From Octopus sinensis (lineage: Eukaryota), in the NCBI RefSeq assembly GCF_006345805.1, contig NC_043006.1, positions 77,748,001-77,812,000 on the forward strand: a stretch of DNA of 64,000 nt. Reading direction: 5' to 3'. The translations under genes and the position numbers were made by a program. The notes under the pieces are model-generated. The model was not told the DNA's origin and did not search any database. It saw only the letters and a program-made list of their open reading frames with translations. Positions 40,096-55,160 of the stretch are shown one piece after another (position 1 is the stretch's first letter; the number at the start of each line of letters is the position of its first letter).

Positions 40096-40499
40096 TGTAT
40101 ATGTATGCATGTATATATGTGTGTGTGTATTTGCTGATATAAACAGTGAAAGAGCGAGAGAAAAATATATAGAGACTTCTCACACACACACACATATATA
40201 TAATATCTTTTGTCGTATATTTTCGCCTTCTGTTTTTAAGATTATTACTTCTAATTATTATTACACATACAACTTCTAGATAAGATGTACTGTATTTTGT
40301 GCCTCGTCACGCTGTGCTCCCGTCTGTCTCTATTTAGAGCCTTTCCTACCTACATCCTTCCATACAACATTGTATTCTAATTGTCATCCATCCACACACA
40401 GACTATCACTAGCATTACCAACGAACTATTTACATATAAACGTTGGCCGTGGTCCTTTCAATAGTATTAAAATTAACAACACAATTATATTGTGTCTCT

Positions 40500-41430
40500 T
40501 AATTATATTCATTTAAAGGTTTCAGGAAAAAGACTGTCTCGATAAGTTGTTTTGTTAATGGATTTTGTTTCAACAGTTATATTGCAACAGGTCTTCATCG
40601 CTACTTATCAAATACTCAGCAAGTGTTCTCATTCTGCCACCATTCTTTCTTTTCATATACAGTCTGTTTACGCTTGTTTAGGGTGTAGCCGGCTATGCAG
40701 CGTCATCAACTTTCTCATCCTTCTATCTAGTGTTGATATTTCCTCTTTAGTCCATTTGAGAATGGACGCACTATATCTGACGACCGAATCTGCCCAGATA
40801 TTCATTGCGGTCACTGCCCAGATATGCGTTGCGGTAACTGCCCAGATATCCATTTCCCCTGCATGTCCACCCACCACAGTATCATGGTCACTGTATAACG
40901 TTCCTCATCCTCATCCTTAACAGCCTCATCACCATTCTCCCGTTCCTCCTGTCAACTCTTCTCCCTGCTTTCAACTCCTCCTTCTCTGTTTTCAACTCCG
41001 AGTATTCTTTCTAGCACATCTGCGGGGTCTCTCAGACTCTCACTAATCCGAGATATTTCTACTCCAGTTAAGTAAACCTTCCACATAATTACTCTTCCTT
41101 GGTTCATTAGGTTATTTTCTGACTTTGGACACATGTCCTTTTCCATCCAAAATTTCAAGGTACTTAGGCCTACTCCGCGACTTTTTCTAGCTTTGCTCTT
41201 TCATGACATTCAACAAGTTTATTGTACTCTTCCTTCGTCCACTTATGTTTGTTTTCGCGCACACCGTGTATGTGATCTGTTGTGACGTAACGACCGTCGG
41301 AGGCCAGATCACTACCCTGATTTGAGCAGTTTCTGACATGCCGGGCAGGGGACCTTCACCATGATCGGCTATAGCTTCATTCTCGCAGTTAATTCTTTCC
41401 TTGTTGTGTTGCATCATGACTTCATGAGTC
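40500..41430 (-). mobile_element. Internally deleted, decayed R4/Dong-like element (D)
   Basis: N-terminal KWTKEEYNKLVECHERAK../..FWMEKDMCPKSENNLMNQGRVI..LTGVEI (about 41240-41050) joined to RT-thumb IWADSVVRYSASILKWTKEEISTLDRRMRKLMTLHSRLHPK (about 40800-40670). No RT core in between. Confidence 0.65.
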
Positions 41431-41609
41431 GTTCGTGAGTTCGAGAGTTGTTAGTGAGATCTCATCTCTCTCTTCCTCTGTTTTTTTTTTTGTATATAAA
41501 CGTGCATATGTATGTACATACACATATGTATAAATAATGTACTTGCATTGCGTCGCCTCCATAATCACAGTGATTATCATTACCACCATTGTTCTACATA
41601 TAGCATTTA

Positions 41610-41778
41610 AAATTATCAATAATAATATGGATCCCGCTGTATTGCAGCAGATATTCTTCACTATTTATCAAATACTTGGCAAGCGTTCTCCTTTCACACC
41701 TTATACAATGGTCTCACTCGTCTGCCGCCATTCTTTCTTTTCATATACTCTCTGCTTACGTTTGTAGTTAACACTTAT
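41610..41778 (-). mobile_element. Short R4/Dong-like fragment related to D
   Basis: Similar to 40540-40660 (CTATTTATCAAATACT..GCAAG.GTTCTC...CTGCC.CCATTCTTTCTTTTCATATAC). Abuts an ATT array. Confidence 0.5.
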
Positions 41779-43755
<1,977 letters not shown>

Positions 43756-43771
43756 TTTATTATTATTATTG

Positions 43772-43828
<57 letters not shown>

Positions 43829-43916
43829 TATTATTATTATTATATTATTATTATTATTATTATTATCATTATTATTATTAATATTATCATTAACCTTATT
43901 ATTATTATTATTATTA
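43756..43916 (+). repeat. (ATT)n microsatellite
   Basis: Seen directly. Confidence 0.95.
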
Positions 43917-45990
43917 CTTTTTTTTTCTTCTTTCAAATTTTCTTCCATTTCTTGCCGAGTGTCTTCCCGACTCCTAGGGCAAAGAAACTCATAGTGTATA
44001 TTCGTAGGCCATTAAACCAAACTCAGTAGTTCATTTTTTTTTTTTTTTTTTTAAAGTTAAATTAAAATGCATGAGCAGCAACAGTTCTCACATCGACAAT
44101 GCTCTTCTCAATACGTGAGATGTACCAGTTAAGACAATCTTTTGCACTTCTTGCAGGGATGGTAAGCCAGGGATCATTCTCATATAATTTTCGGTTCCCT
44201 ACTTGATCATTCCTAGTGCTCCTACGATCACTGGTATTGTAACCGCCTTGAGATGCCACATTTTCTCAATTTCAATGAGTAGGTCTTTATATTTTCTGAG
44301 CTTGTCAAACTCTTCGCTGAGATATTATGATCACAGGGGATGCTCATGTCGATCAATAAGCAAACTTTATTGTTTTGGTCTTTCACAACAATATCTGGTT
44401 TATTGGCCTTGATGGTTCGGTCTGTATGTACTGGAAAGTCCCACAGGATGGTTACATTTTCTCCTTCAGTTACAGCCTCAGGGTGGTGATTATACCACTT
44501 GTCGGCAGTTTTGATATTGTAATGCTGGCTTATTAGCCAGTGGAGATATTGGCCAACTCTGTCATGTCTTAATTTATACTCCACTGGAGCTAAGACTTTA
44601 CATCCAGAGATTAGGTGGTCCACTGTTTCAATCATGTCGTTGCAGAATCGGCATTTTGGGTCTGCTCCATTTTTCATCACATTGGCCTGGTAGTTCCGGG
44701 TTGATAGGCTTTGGTCTTGAGCAGCCAGGATGAAACCTTCGCTCTCTGCTTTTAGCCCCGAGCTCCGCAGCCACTGATGGGTTTGCTTCTGGTCAACATC
44801 AGCTTGTTTGCTGCGGGTCACATATTTGCCGTGCAGAGGTTTCTCCTCCCACCTATCAGCCAATTGCTCGTGCGCTTTTTTCATTGCCATCATTTTCACC
44901 TTCTTTGCAACAATAGTTGCCGTACTTCCCTCGGGTTTTTCAGTTGGGTATCCTGCACGAGATCAATAGCAAATTTTTTGCTTTCCTTGATGATAGAATG
45001 AAGCTTCTTTCGTCTCTCGTGATTTTCCACGAGCTTTAGCATCCAGTCATTCGATATTTCGAGATATTTGGCCAGTCCAATTGTGGTTGTTTTGTAAGCT
45101 AGTTCAAATTGGATCAGGCCTCGACCTCCTTGGGCTCTGGGAAGGTAAAGGCGATCTACGTCTGCCTTTGGGTGGTGCATCCTATTACAACTCAGCAGCT
45201 TGCGTATTTTTCTATCTATATTCTTTACTTCACTCATATTCCAGTTCAACACATTGTAGCTATAAGTAACAGCTGGAACTGCTAGGGAATTTATAGCTAA
45301 CACCTTGTTACGTGCATTTAGTTCTCCTATAACATTCCTTCCTGATTTTCTCTTTCATGCTTGCGTGCTGAATACCAGAGCCTTCATTTATCCCTAAATA
45401 TTTGTATGTTTGTTCTTGCTCAAGCTCTCTTATGACTGTGTCAACATCTAACACGACTGAATTTGTGGTCTTCACTTTCCCTTTCTGGAAAGTGGCCTTG
45501 GCACACTTCTCAAGTCCAAACTCCATCCCGATGTCATCGCTGAATGATTTCACGGTGCGCAATAGGCCTTCAAGTTCATTATTGTCTTTACCATAAAGTT
45601 TTAAGTCATCCATATAAAATAGATGGCTTATTTTTTTATTGGCAATTTTATACCCATACCCTGTTCTGTTTAATTCACTTGTAAGGGGTATTAGGGCTAT
45701 GCAGAATATTAAAGGTGAAAGTGAGTCACCTTGAAAAATTCCACAGTTGATGTTTATATTTTCTGAGGCAAGTACTCCATTAGAGTGGTATAATTGGAGA
45801 TTCGTATTCCACAACGACATATTGTGCTTCAGGAAGTTTGAAATCACGGGAGAAATTTTGAAGATGTCCAGCGATCTCAAGATCCATGGATGCGGTATAC
45901 TGTCGAAGGCCTTTTTATAATCAATCCATGCGGTGCTGAGATTTCTGCGCTTGTTGTGACAGTTCTCAAGGATCATACGATTGATTAGCA

Positions 45991-45992
<2 letters not shown>
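43917..45992 (-). mobile_element. R4/Dong-clade non-LTR retrotransposon B, 5'-truncated
   Basis: WIDYKKAFDS, GIFQGDSLSPLIFC, HLFYMDDLKLYG, CRFCNDMIETVDHLISGC, RHDRVG, KPDIVV..LLIDMSIP. (TAA)n at both junctions. Confidence 0.9.
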
Positions 45993-46038
<46 letters not shown>

Positions 46039-46120
46039 ATCATCATTATCACTATTATTACTAATATTATTATTATTATTATCATCACGATTATTATTAT
46101 TATTATTATTATTTTTACTA
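45993..46120 (+). repeat. (ATT)n microsatellite
   Basis: Seen directly. Confidence 0.9.
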
Positions 46121-46479
46121 TTATTTCCATCTATTATTAAAAGGTATCATTAAATGTTTAGTTTCAACTTTTGTCTTGTACTTGAGATAAACATAAACAA
46201 GCGAGTGTTGAAGGGAATAGTAGGAGGAGGAGTAGCAGTTTGGTGAATAGACCAAATTCTACAAGATCTGTAAATACATTGGACGGAAGGTGCGGAGGTC
46301 AGCAATGGACGTCCCTGTGCGATAAGGAGACAAACGAAGCCTCAAATCCCTTGGGTCAGCAAAGGTCAATCTGTTTACTACATCTTGCGATTAATGAGAG
46401 CACTGAATTTGGCCTTGAAAAGGAGCAGTTCACATTGTTCTATTTTTAATTACTGATAGAAAAATCGTAATATACATTC

Positions 46480-46514
46480 ATACACACACATACACACACG
46501 CACACACACACACA

Positions 46515-46545
<31 letters not shown>

Positions 46546-46568
46546 CACCACACACACACACACACACA

Positions 46569-46607
<39 letters not shown>

Positions 46608-46693
46608 CTGATATTCACATCATTGAATTTTATAATTTATCAACATTTTTATCATTATTAAAATTATTGTTATTATTATTATTATTATTATTA

Positions 46694-46740
<47 letters not shown>

Positions 46741-46900
46741 ATTATTATTATTATTATTATATTATTATTATTATTATTATTATATCATTATTATTATTAT
46801 TATTATTATCATTATTATTATTATTGTCATTATTATTATTATATTATTATTATTATCATCATGATCATCAGTTGTAGCAGCAGCAGCAGCAGTAGTAGTA
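46480..46900 (+). repeat. (CA)n followed by (ATT)n/(AGC)/(AGT) microsatellites
   Basis: Seen directly. Confidence 0.9.
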
Positions 46901-46909
46901 GTTGTAAGT

Positions 46910-47095
46910 ATGATAGCAGAACCGGTAGCATGCCGTACAAAATGCTTATCGCCCTTTTTTCCGTCTGCACGTTCCGAGTTTAATTTCGCCTAGGTCGACT
47001 TTGCCTTCTTTTCGGGGTCGCTAAAATAGTGCCCTTTTATTGTCTTTGGGGTAGGGTTGATGTAATCGACTTAAATCCCTTCACCAACCATGCTG
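46910..47095 (+). mobile_element. SINE family B, diverged
   Basis: CCGAGTTTAATTTCGCCTAGGTCGACTTTGCCTTC..TTTCGGGGTCG...GATGTAATCGACTTAAATCCC. Confidence 0.7.
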
Positions 47096-47425
47096 GTTTT
47101 GAAATGCCAAACCTTGAAATGTTCGTCATCATTATTTTCCTCCTCCTCCCCTTTTTCCTCCTCCTCATCATCACCATTATAATCATCATCGTCATTATGA
47201 CTTATTCTTTTTAACTCAAGCATTTTTATAACTCCTGGAGTCTACGATGCGGAGCGGGCCTAATGCCTGCAACCTACAAGCCATGCTATCCGTTATTTTC
47301 AACTATCTAAGGAGGAAAATCTTTTGTGACAATTCTATTGAGCACTCTATTCCGATTTCCTTTTATTATTATTATTTTTATTATTATTTTTTTTTTTATT
47401 ATTATTATTGTTATTATCATTATTA

Positions 47426-47460
<35 letters not shown>

Positions 47461-47461
<1 letters not shown>

Positions 47462-50400
47462 TATGTTTGACTTTTGCTTTATATTTGTACAAGTTGGCTC
47501 CAAGTCTCACCCAGAGACCTCAAGAGACAACAGGGCTGGAAGTTCATGTTGTTGTTATGCCTATGTGCCATATATTTGGGGGGTGGGGATGTTGTACTAA
47601 TGAATGTCTAAAAAAAACGTTTTTTTTTTGTTTGTTTTTTTAAACCGAAAATTATGTTTGTTTTAAACCTTGAGATTACATAGAGAGTATTTTGCGTAGG
47701 ATATGAGCAGTTCCCATGAGCACTATCTTTTGAACTTCTGCCATTTTGGGTTTCCTTGTATCTGAGTTAGGTAGCTATCAGCCCCTTTTGCTATCATTCC
47801 CAGGGCACCTATGACAACAGGTATTGTTTTGTCTTCAGCTTCCACATTTTGCTGATTTCTATTTCAAGATCTTTATATTTGCTCAGTTTTGGTAGGTCTT
47901 GAGAGATACGTTTATATCGATTGGGACAGTCATATCAATGAGGAGGCATGTTCTTTGTTTGAAGTCTTTCAATATGATGTCTGGCCTATTTGCATCTATC
48001 TTCCTGTCAGTTTGAATGGTGAAGTTCCAGAGGAGTGAGATGTGGTCATTTTCAAGCACTGGGGGTGGTTTGTGTTCCCACCAGTTTTTTTCATGGGGCA
48101 AATCCAGGTTTTTACAGATTACCCAGTGAATATTGTGCAGCTCTATCGTGCCTGTTGAGATACTCTGTAGGCGCTAGAAAACTGCACTTGGAGACCACAT
48201 GGTCAATGGTTTCATTTTGTTGCTTGCATACACGACACGTTGGACTGCTTCTGATCTTTAATATGTTGGCCTGGTAGTTTCTTGTTGGTAGGCATTGATC
48301 TTGAGCTATGATAAACCCTCTGTTTCAGATTTTAAGCCAGAGGCCATTAGCCATTGATGGGTCAGGGCTTTGTCGATATCTGCATTATTCGCTCTCTTTG
48401 GGTATTTGCCATAGAGAGGTTTTTCTTGCCATTTATTATTCAGAATATCTAAGGCCGCAGTTTTGGCACGGGTTTTCATGCGCCTAGCTTTTTCTGTGCT
48501 TGTTTCTTGTATATCTATCTCTAATTCCGAAATTGGTTGTATTCGGAATTCACTTAGATATTCCTTTGCCTGTTTTGTGACTGAGTATGATGCTTTCTTG
48601 TTTTCATGTTTTGAGACAAGTTTTAGCATCCAGTCCTCAGACTTTTTCAGGTAGGTGGCTAGGCCAATTGTAGCAATCTTCATTGTTATTGCCAGTTGCA
48701 AAAGACCACGGCCTCCCTCTTTTCTTGGCAGATAGAGTCGTTCTGTATCTGCCTTAGGGTGGTGCATTCTATGCATTGTCAACAGTTTCCTTATTTTTCT
48801 GTCGAGCTGACATATTTCAGTAATTGACCAGTTAACAATATTGAAACTGTAAGTCACGACTGGTATAGCTAATGCATTGATTGCTTCGATCCTGTTTCTT
48901 GCATTCAGCTCTGTCTTGAGTATTGCTCTCACTCTTCGATAGCATTCTCTCCTGATCCTTTCCTTCATCTCTGAATGCATTATTCCGTTCCCTTCAATTA
49001 CCCCTAGGTACTTGTAGCTCTCCGCTGGGTCTAGTTCTTTTATGACATTCTGTTGGTCAAGGTTAACGTTAGATGTTTCTGTCATTTTCCTTTGATAAAG
49101 GTAGCCTTTGCACATTTATCGAGGCCGAATTGCATTCTGATGTCGTCACTGAATTGTTTGACTATCGCTAGTAAGCCCTTGAGTTGTTGATCATTTTTTG
49201 CAAAAAGCTTTAAATCATCCATGTAAACGAGATGATTTATATTTTTATCAAATATTTTAACCCGTACTGCGCGTCATTGAGCAGCTTTGAGAGAGGTATT
49301 AAGGATAAACAAAAGAGGAGTGGTGACAGTGAGTCACCCTGGAAAATGCCACACGAAATTTTTACATCACCAGCATTTAGGGATTCACTGTCACTGTTCA
49401 GAGTTAGTGTGGTTCTCCATGATCTCATACTTACAGTCAAGAGGTTTCGCAGAGTTGGTGCTATCTTATACATTTCAAGGCATTTCCTAATCCAGCTATG
49501 TGGTAGGCTATCAAAAGCCTTTTTATAGTCTATCCAGGCTATTGATAAGTTTTTGTGTCGTTTGTGACAATCTTCTAAGATCATCTTATTGATGAGTAGT
49601 TGGTCTTTACAGCCGTAGGATCCACGTTTACATCCTTTCTGTTCATTAGGGAATATGCTGCTGTCTGTTAAAAAACTATAGGTATATTCCGTCAGGACAG
49701 ATGTTAGTGTTTTGTACATAGTTGTTAAGCAGGTTATGGGTCTATAGTTTTTTGGTTCATTTGTTTCTTCACTTTTTGGAAGCAGGAATGTTAACCCATT
49801 AACTAGCCAAGGAGGCATCCTACTAGGGTTGTTGCAAAACATCATTGTACAGTTCTGTGAGCAGTTCATGGCTCTCTGGGAAGGCATTCAGCCAGAAGTT
49901 AGGAATTTTATCCTTTCCTGGAGACTTCCATTTGCTTGACCTCCTGAGAGCAGATCTTATATCTTCTACCTTGACACCCTCCTACTTTTGCTCTTCTAAG
50001 GGGTCCAGTTCTGTAGATATTCTGTCAATCCAGGGGGCCTTTTCGTTTTGTGTTGTTTTTCTTCTGCCCAGATTTTATTCCAAAATCTCTGCACTTCTTC
50101 TTTTGATGGTACAGACCCTGCAGTAAACGCTGTTTTTCCTATCTTCCTGTAAAAATTTGGTGTTATTTTTGAACATGTTGTTGTCCTTGAAAAATCTAAC
50201 ACGCTTTTCATACCTCGCTATGCGGGCAGCTTTGGCAGATACCTTTTGTTGATGGTTTCTATGGTGGCATCAATATCAAGTATAGTTTTCATATTGTATT
50301 TTTTCAGTAATTTTGGGGTTTTTGTAGGTTTGGTAGTCTTGTGAGCCTTAAGGTTTTTCAAATATTCAATGTCAGATCTAAATATTTTAAATTGTTGTTG

Positions 50401-51374
50401 CAGACGCTCTTGCCAAGAAGGCTTTTTGTGGGACTGTTGCTGTTCTAATCTTTACACCACATAGGATCGTTGAGATTTTCGCGGATGCATAGTATAGGTG
50501 GTTGAGGTTTGTGATATCAACATCATTAACTGAAATTATATCCTTAAGTGCAAGCCGGGTTTTACCAATTATTTTCATGTTTTGGTTAGAGTTGCGGATT
50601 TTAGGAAGTGTATCACGCTCATCCATGCTGGTTTCTTTAATTTTCAGCCATTCAATCATGATTTGATTTTTTAGCTCATGTAGTTCTGTTGGGTCAATAT
50701 TTGTGTGACTTTCTTTATCTATTTGATGCTCATCTGTCTTAGTGTTTATCATTGGTTCAGGGCGTATTTCACTTTGCCTATCACTTATACTAACTCTTTC
50801 AATCCTCTCTTCGTTTTTATCCGCCCTGGGCTTGTCTATAATCATTTCCTCTGTATTATCTTCTCTAGCTGCAGCTTCGTTCATTTTATCCGATATTGCT
50901 TGTCTAACCTGATCAATCTCTACTTCAGTCAGTAATTTCTTTTTTATAATGTTTCTTCTAACATTGGCAAGCTGTTACTGTCTATGTAGGGTCTTACTTC
51001 AGGGTGTTTCTGTCTCCAGTTTAAGTATGCTTGTACAGTGCTAGACTTATCTGTGGGGAAATATATGGCATGGTAGAAGGCCTCAAGAACTTCTTTATTA
51101 TCTTCCCTAGACCATTTTCCTTTTTCTTTTGATTATTTGGTGATGAGCATGGATGGCCATCTGTTGGAATATTCCGGTTGTGGGGTTCGTCCAGCTCCTG
51201 TGTGTGGGAAGATTTGATCCAGTAACTGATTTTTCAATCAGGATTTGGTTCAATTTTCGGGTACGTGGTCTTTTGTAATCCGCGCAATGACCAATGCGGT
51301 TTATTGTTTGATTTGTTGACCTTGAAGCATGACGAGCATCCTTCTTCTTCTTCTTCTTCTTCTCTTAGTTTCTT
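47461..51374 (-). mobile_element. R4/Dong-clade non-LTR retrotransposon C, near full length (~3.9 kb)
   Basis: N-terminal KGKWSREDNKEVLEAFY (Myb-like), RT (NYRPITCL, EQKGC, WIDYKKAFDS, GIFQGDSLSPLLFC, HLVYMDDLKLF), thumb, CxxC/RHD region, RLE RPDIILKD..LIDMTVP, and a 3' UTR ending in (TAA)n. Multiple frameshifts. Confidence 0.9.
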
Positions 51375-51375
51375 A

Positions 51376-51415
<40 letters not shown>

Positions 51416-51418
<3 letters not shown>

Positions 51419-51969
51419 TGACAGAGAAGTGCAGGCCATCAAAGTGACACTGGGGTAAAATATGCGAAGCCCAGTATGCCCATCATGACTACCCGTCTGA
51501 TAAGGATACACTAGGCACATGCATCACAACCATATGTGCACGATATGGTAATCTCATATCAAGATAAACAGCACATGACCTTGCAGGTGGGGCCCAGTTA
51601 GAATTTTCTTCTGGTCGAGTAGCCAATCCCGCTCAAAAGGTCCCTGAATAAGGGTTATTTATGGATGTTGACCGAAACACCCATGTTTCCAGAGGTAAAT
51701 TATTCAAACCCCAAATAATTCCTTTCAACATACGGCTATGATGCTCCCCCACTACTTCTGCTCGTGATCAGAGATGCACATATCGTCGGCCACTAAGGGG
51801 CATGCTCAACTGGTTAAAGTCAAACAACTGACAAGCAAATCTGTGGTATTGAGCAGAATATTTGCTGTAGCCTAACTTTTATACCAAGACAAAACAATGT
51901 ACATGATAACACTTCCAATCAGTTAAGCTCAGAAGCCACGAGAGCCACTGCCTGGTACTGCATCAGGGC

Positions 51970-51970
<1 letters not shown>
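51416..51970 (-). mobile_element. Element X copy 4 (complete)
   Basis: Homologous over its full length to 28229-28776. ATT arrays on both sides. Confidence 0.85.
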
Positions 51971-52038
<68 letters not shown>

Positions 52039-52043
52039 TGTTT

Positions 52044-52074
<31 letters not shown>

Positions 52075-52106
52075 TATTATTATTATTATTATTATTGTTG
52101 TTGTTG

Positions 52107-52157
<51 letters not shown>

Positions 52158-52195
52158 TTATTGTTGCTGTTGTTTTTGTTGTTGTTATTAATATT
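51971..52195 (+). repeat. (ATT)n/(GTT) microsatellite
   Basis: Seen directly. Confidence 0.95.
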
Positions 52196-52624
52196 AAGAT
52201 TAAATGGAAGAATTGGTTGAGAACAAGAACAAATGCTACGTAACATTTAGCTTTGTCAATAAATTTTATGATTCCAACCCACAAAATGATCAGATTTAAC
52301 TCTCATCTTTCTTTACAGAGTCTATAAAATAAAATACCCTGTAAAGTATCAGGGTCGGTCAATCGACTTAAACCTCTCTACGAAATCTCAGTTATTATAA
52401 CAAAGAGTTAAACAATTAAATCATTATTATGACGGCCAATGACGTGGCAAGGATTGGATGTTTAATGAATTAATGATTTAATGATTTCTGCTATCATAAT
52501 TTCCATACACTGATTACCATATTTCTGCTCCGCTTTGTGAGTTTATCCATTCAGCCTGTCTATTTTTATTATCCTGTTCTTCCATTTTGCTGTGGTTGGA
52601 TGCCTTTGTTTTCTTTCATTATAG

Positions 52625-52663
52625 ATTTAACTGCTTCGCTAACTGCGTAGGTTGCTGTATTCG
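52625..52663 (+). other. Candidate 39-bp symmetric exon
   Basis: Acceptor gttttctttcattatAG and donor GTAAGA. The only open frame reads FNCFANCVGCCIR. Confidence 0.25.
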
Positions 52664-52902
52664 GTAAGATATTTATATCCGTTCATGTCGGCTTCTTCGT
52701 CTCCGTTGATGCTTCTTAGACTAAGGTTCACTGGGATAGTATTAATACAACAGTGTCTATATATATTTACACACACGCACACACAGAATACACACACACA
52801 TACATATATGTACATATATTTATATACATTTATACATATATATATATATATATATATACATAAATGTACATATTTATATATTTATACATATGTATATATA
52901 TA

Positions 52903-52944
<42 letters not shown>

Positions 52945-52998
52945 TATATATATACATGCACGTATATATGTATGCATAAATGTATATATCTATGTATA

Positions 52999-53182
52999 CA
53001 CTGTGGCCCAAACGTAGGCTTACAGTTATCACGTAGGCACTTTAAAAGGGAGCTTGTAAAATTTAACTAAATTAGCATAGAATAGTGCTTTCCTATTTTT
53101 TTATAATTAAGATCTAAGCTATTACTATGTGAATGTGAAAGAGATAGTTGAACGACTGTAAGCCTACTTTTGGGTAACCCTG
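52999..53182. mobile_element. Tc1/mariner-type MITE
   Basis: ~28-bp imperfect TIRs CACTGTGGCCCAAACGTAGGCTTACAGT / ACTGTAAGCCTACTTTTGGGTAACCCTG, flanked by TA. Confidence 0.7.
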
Positions 53183-53222
53183 TATATCTATCTACCTAAT
53201 ATATATATATATAATATATATA

Positions 53223-53280
<58 letters not shown>

Positions 53281-53372
53281 TAGTGTGCGTGTGTAAATAC
53301 TATATACATACATGTATATATGTATGTATGTATGTATTTACATACTACATATATACACGCATGCATACAGCT

Positions 53373-53492
53373 GAATAGACTGGAGCAAGCTGAAGAACAT
53401 AATGTGAAGAATACGACGCGCCGCCCACTCCGTAAGTCGAACCGATGTTCTAGCGATCTTGAATGAAATATTCTAACCTCATGACCACGCAC
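53373..53492 (-). mobile_element. SINE family C, diverged fragment
   Basis: CTGGAGCAAG...GAATACGACGCGCCGCCC..GTCGAACC..CTAGCGATC. Confidence 0.55.
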
Positions 53493-54254
53493 TTTCACAC
53501 AGACACAGTGCGTGTGTGTATATGTTTGTGTGGAAATATACTAGAGAAAATAGTTAAGCAGAGTTGAGAGGGGATCTGGTCCACGCAATGAAACAAATAT
53601 TATATATCTTCTTTAACCGTTGTTCCTTATAATCTAGTCTGTATAATTATTTTTGTGTTTGTATAAATTTTTCTTAAGTGCTCCTAAATTTACAACGTCT
53701 TTGACGACTCCAACATATTTGCATAAATGGCTCGACCCATATTCAGCTCCTTGTTTGACGTCATATATTATATTGCAACATTTCTAGATCTTGTTGTTGT
53801 AAATGAAATTATTATCATTTATAAAATATGACAGCACATGTGAAATCTCACCAATGTTATGCTTGCATAATTCTTTCTACTTTTTCTTGCAAAGCCATCT
53901 AAAGTTGTGATATTTCTAAAAGACATAGCACACATGCATAAATGCCCGTCTTCAGATCTTGTGCGCTAAAGCAAAAGGAAATGAAAATATTTTGATGCAC
54001 GCAGAAGGCAGAAGAGAGACAGGAAATAAAATCACATTAGGTTCTTTAGCGGAGGAAGAGCGCATGGGGTTCAGTTCTAGCCATATACGTACGGCGTTTA
54101 GGCAGCAATTTGCTTAACTATTTAGATCAAGTGACCGTTTTAAGACGTTGATAAATCGATGGACAGCAGTGGGTTTTTCTAAGGCTGTAGGCAGTACTTG
54201 TCTGCACAATCATTTGTATGTCTTTGAGACATGGTCCTCCTCGGATCTTATCTA

Positions 54255-54760
54255 GATGTTTCTAACATCCCTTTCTTATAATATCAACGCCTATTGTTTC
54301 ATCAAATTTACAGCGGAATCTGCATTTAGAGTCAGAACCGTTTTGAAGAACATTAGCCATATAGTTTTTGGCATGCAAGCTTTGATCTTATGCCACCAAT
54401 ATGAAAACTGTAGTCTCTGCTCTCAGTCAAGAGTTTCTCAGCCACTGATGGTTCGTTGCTTGGTCTACATCAGCATTTCAGCTTCGAAGTATATACTTAC
54501 CATGCATAGTATTCTGTCTTCACCGCTCCTCAGTTTGTTTCTGCCCGTTCTTTTTTTACAATCTGTTTGATCCGTTTTGCTTTTTTCGTGGCAGTGGTTT
54601 CAGGTTTTTCATCTAATTCAGGACTATTGCGAAGTTTCCTTGCGAATTTGCAAGCTTCCTTGACAATAGAATGCGTTTTTGCTGCTTTCGTGTTTCACAC
54701 AACCCACAGCATCCAGTCCTCTGTATTCTATAAGTACTTCATCATTTCCATTGTGAAGGA
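54255..54760 (-). mobile_element. Decayed R4/Dong fragment related to element B
   Basis: ADVDQATNHQWLRNS*LRAETTVFILVA*DQSLHAKNYMANVLQNGSDSKCRF parallels ADVDQKQTHQWLRSSGLKAESEGFILAAQDQSL in B. The 5' junction is in (TAA)n. Confidence 0.75.
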
Positions 54761-54761
54761 T

Positions 54762-54780
54762 TATTATTATTATTATTATT

Positions 54781-54830
<50 letters not shown>

Positions 54831-54848
54831 TATTATTATTATTATTAT

Positions 54849-54887
<39 letters not shown>

Positions 54888-54902
54888 AAGAAGAAGTAGT
54901 AA

Positions 54903-54940
<38 letters not shown>

Positions 54941-55160
54941 TCATTATTGTTACTATTATCGTTGCGACTCTTATTATCATATCACCGTTTTACAGCATAA
55001 TTATAGAAGCAAGAACTGTCTGGCGATTTATTATTATTATTATTATTAGTTTTAGTAGTAGTAGTAGTATTATTATTGTTGTTATTATTATTGTTATTAT
55101 TATTATTATTAATATTATTATTATTATTATATTTATAACTATCATTATTATTATTATTGT
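54762..55160 (+). repeat. Compound (ATT)/(ATC)/(AGT) microsatellite
   Basis: Seen directly. Confidence 0.9.
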
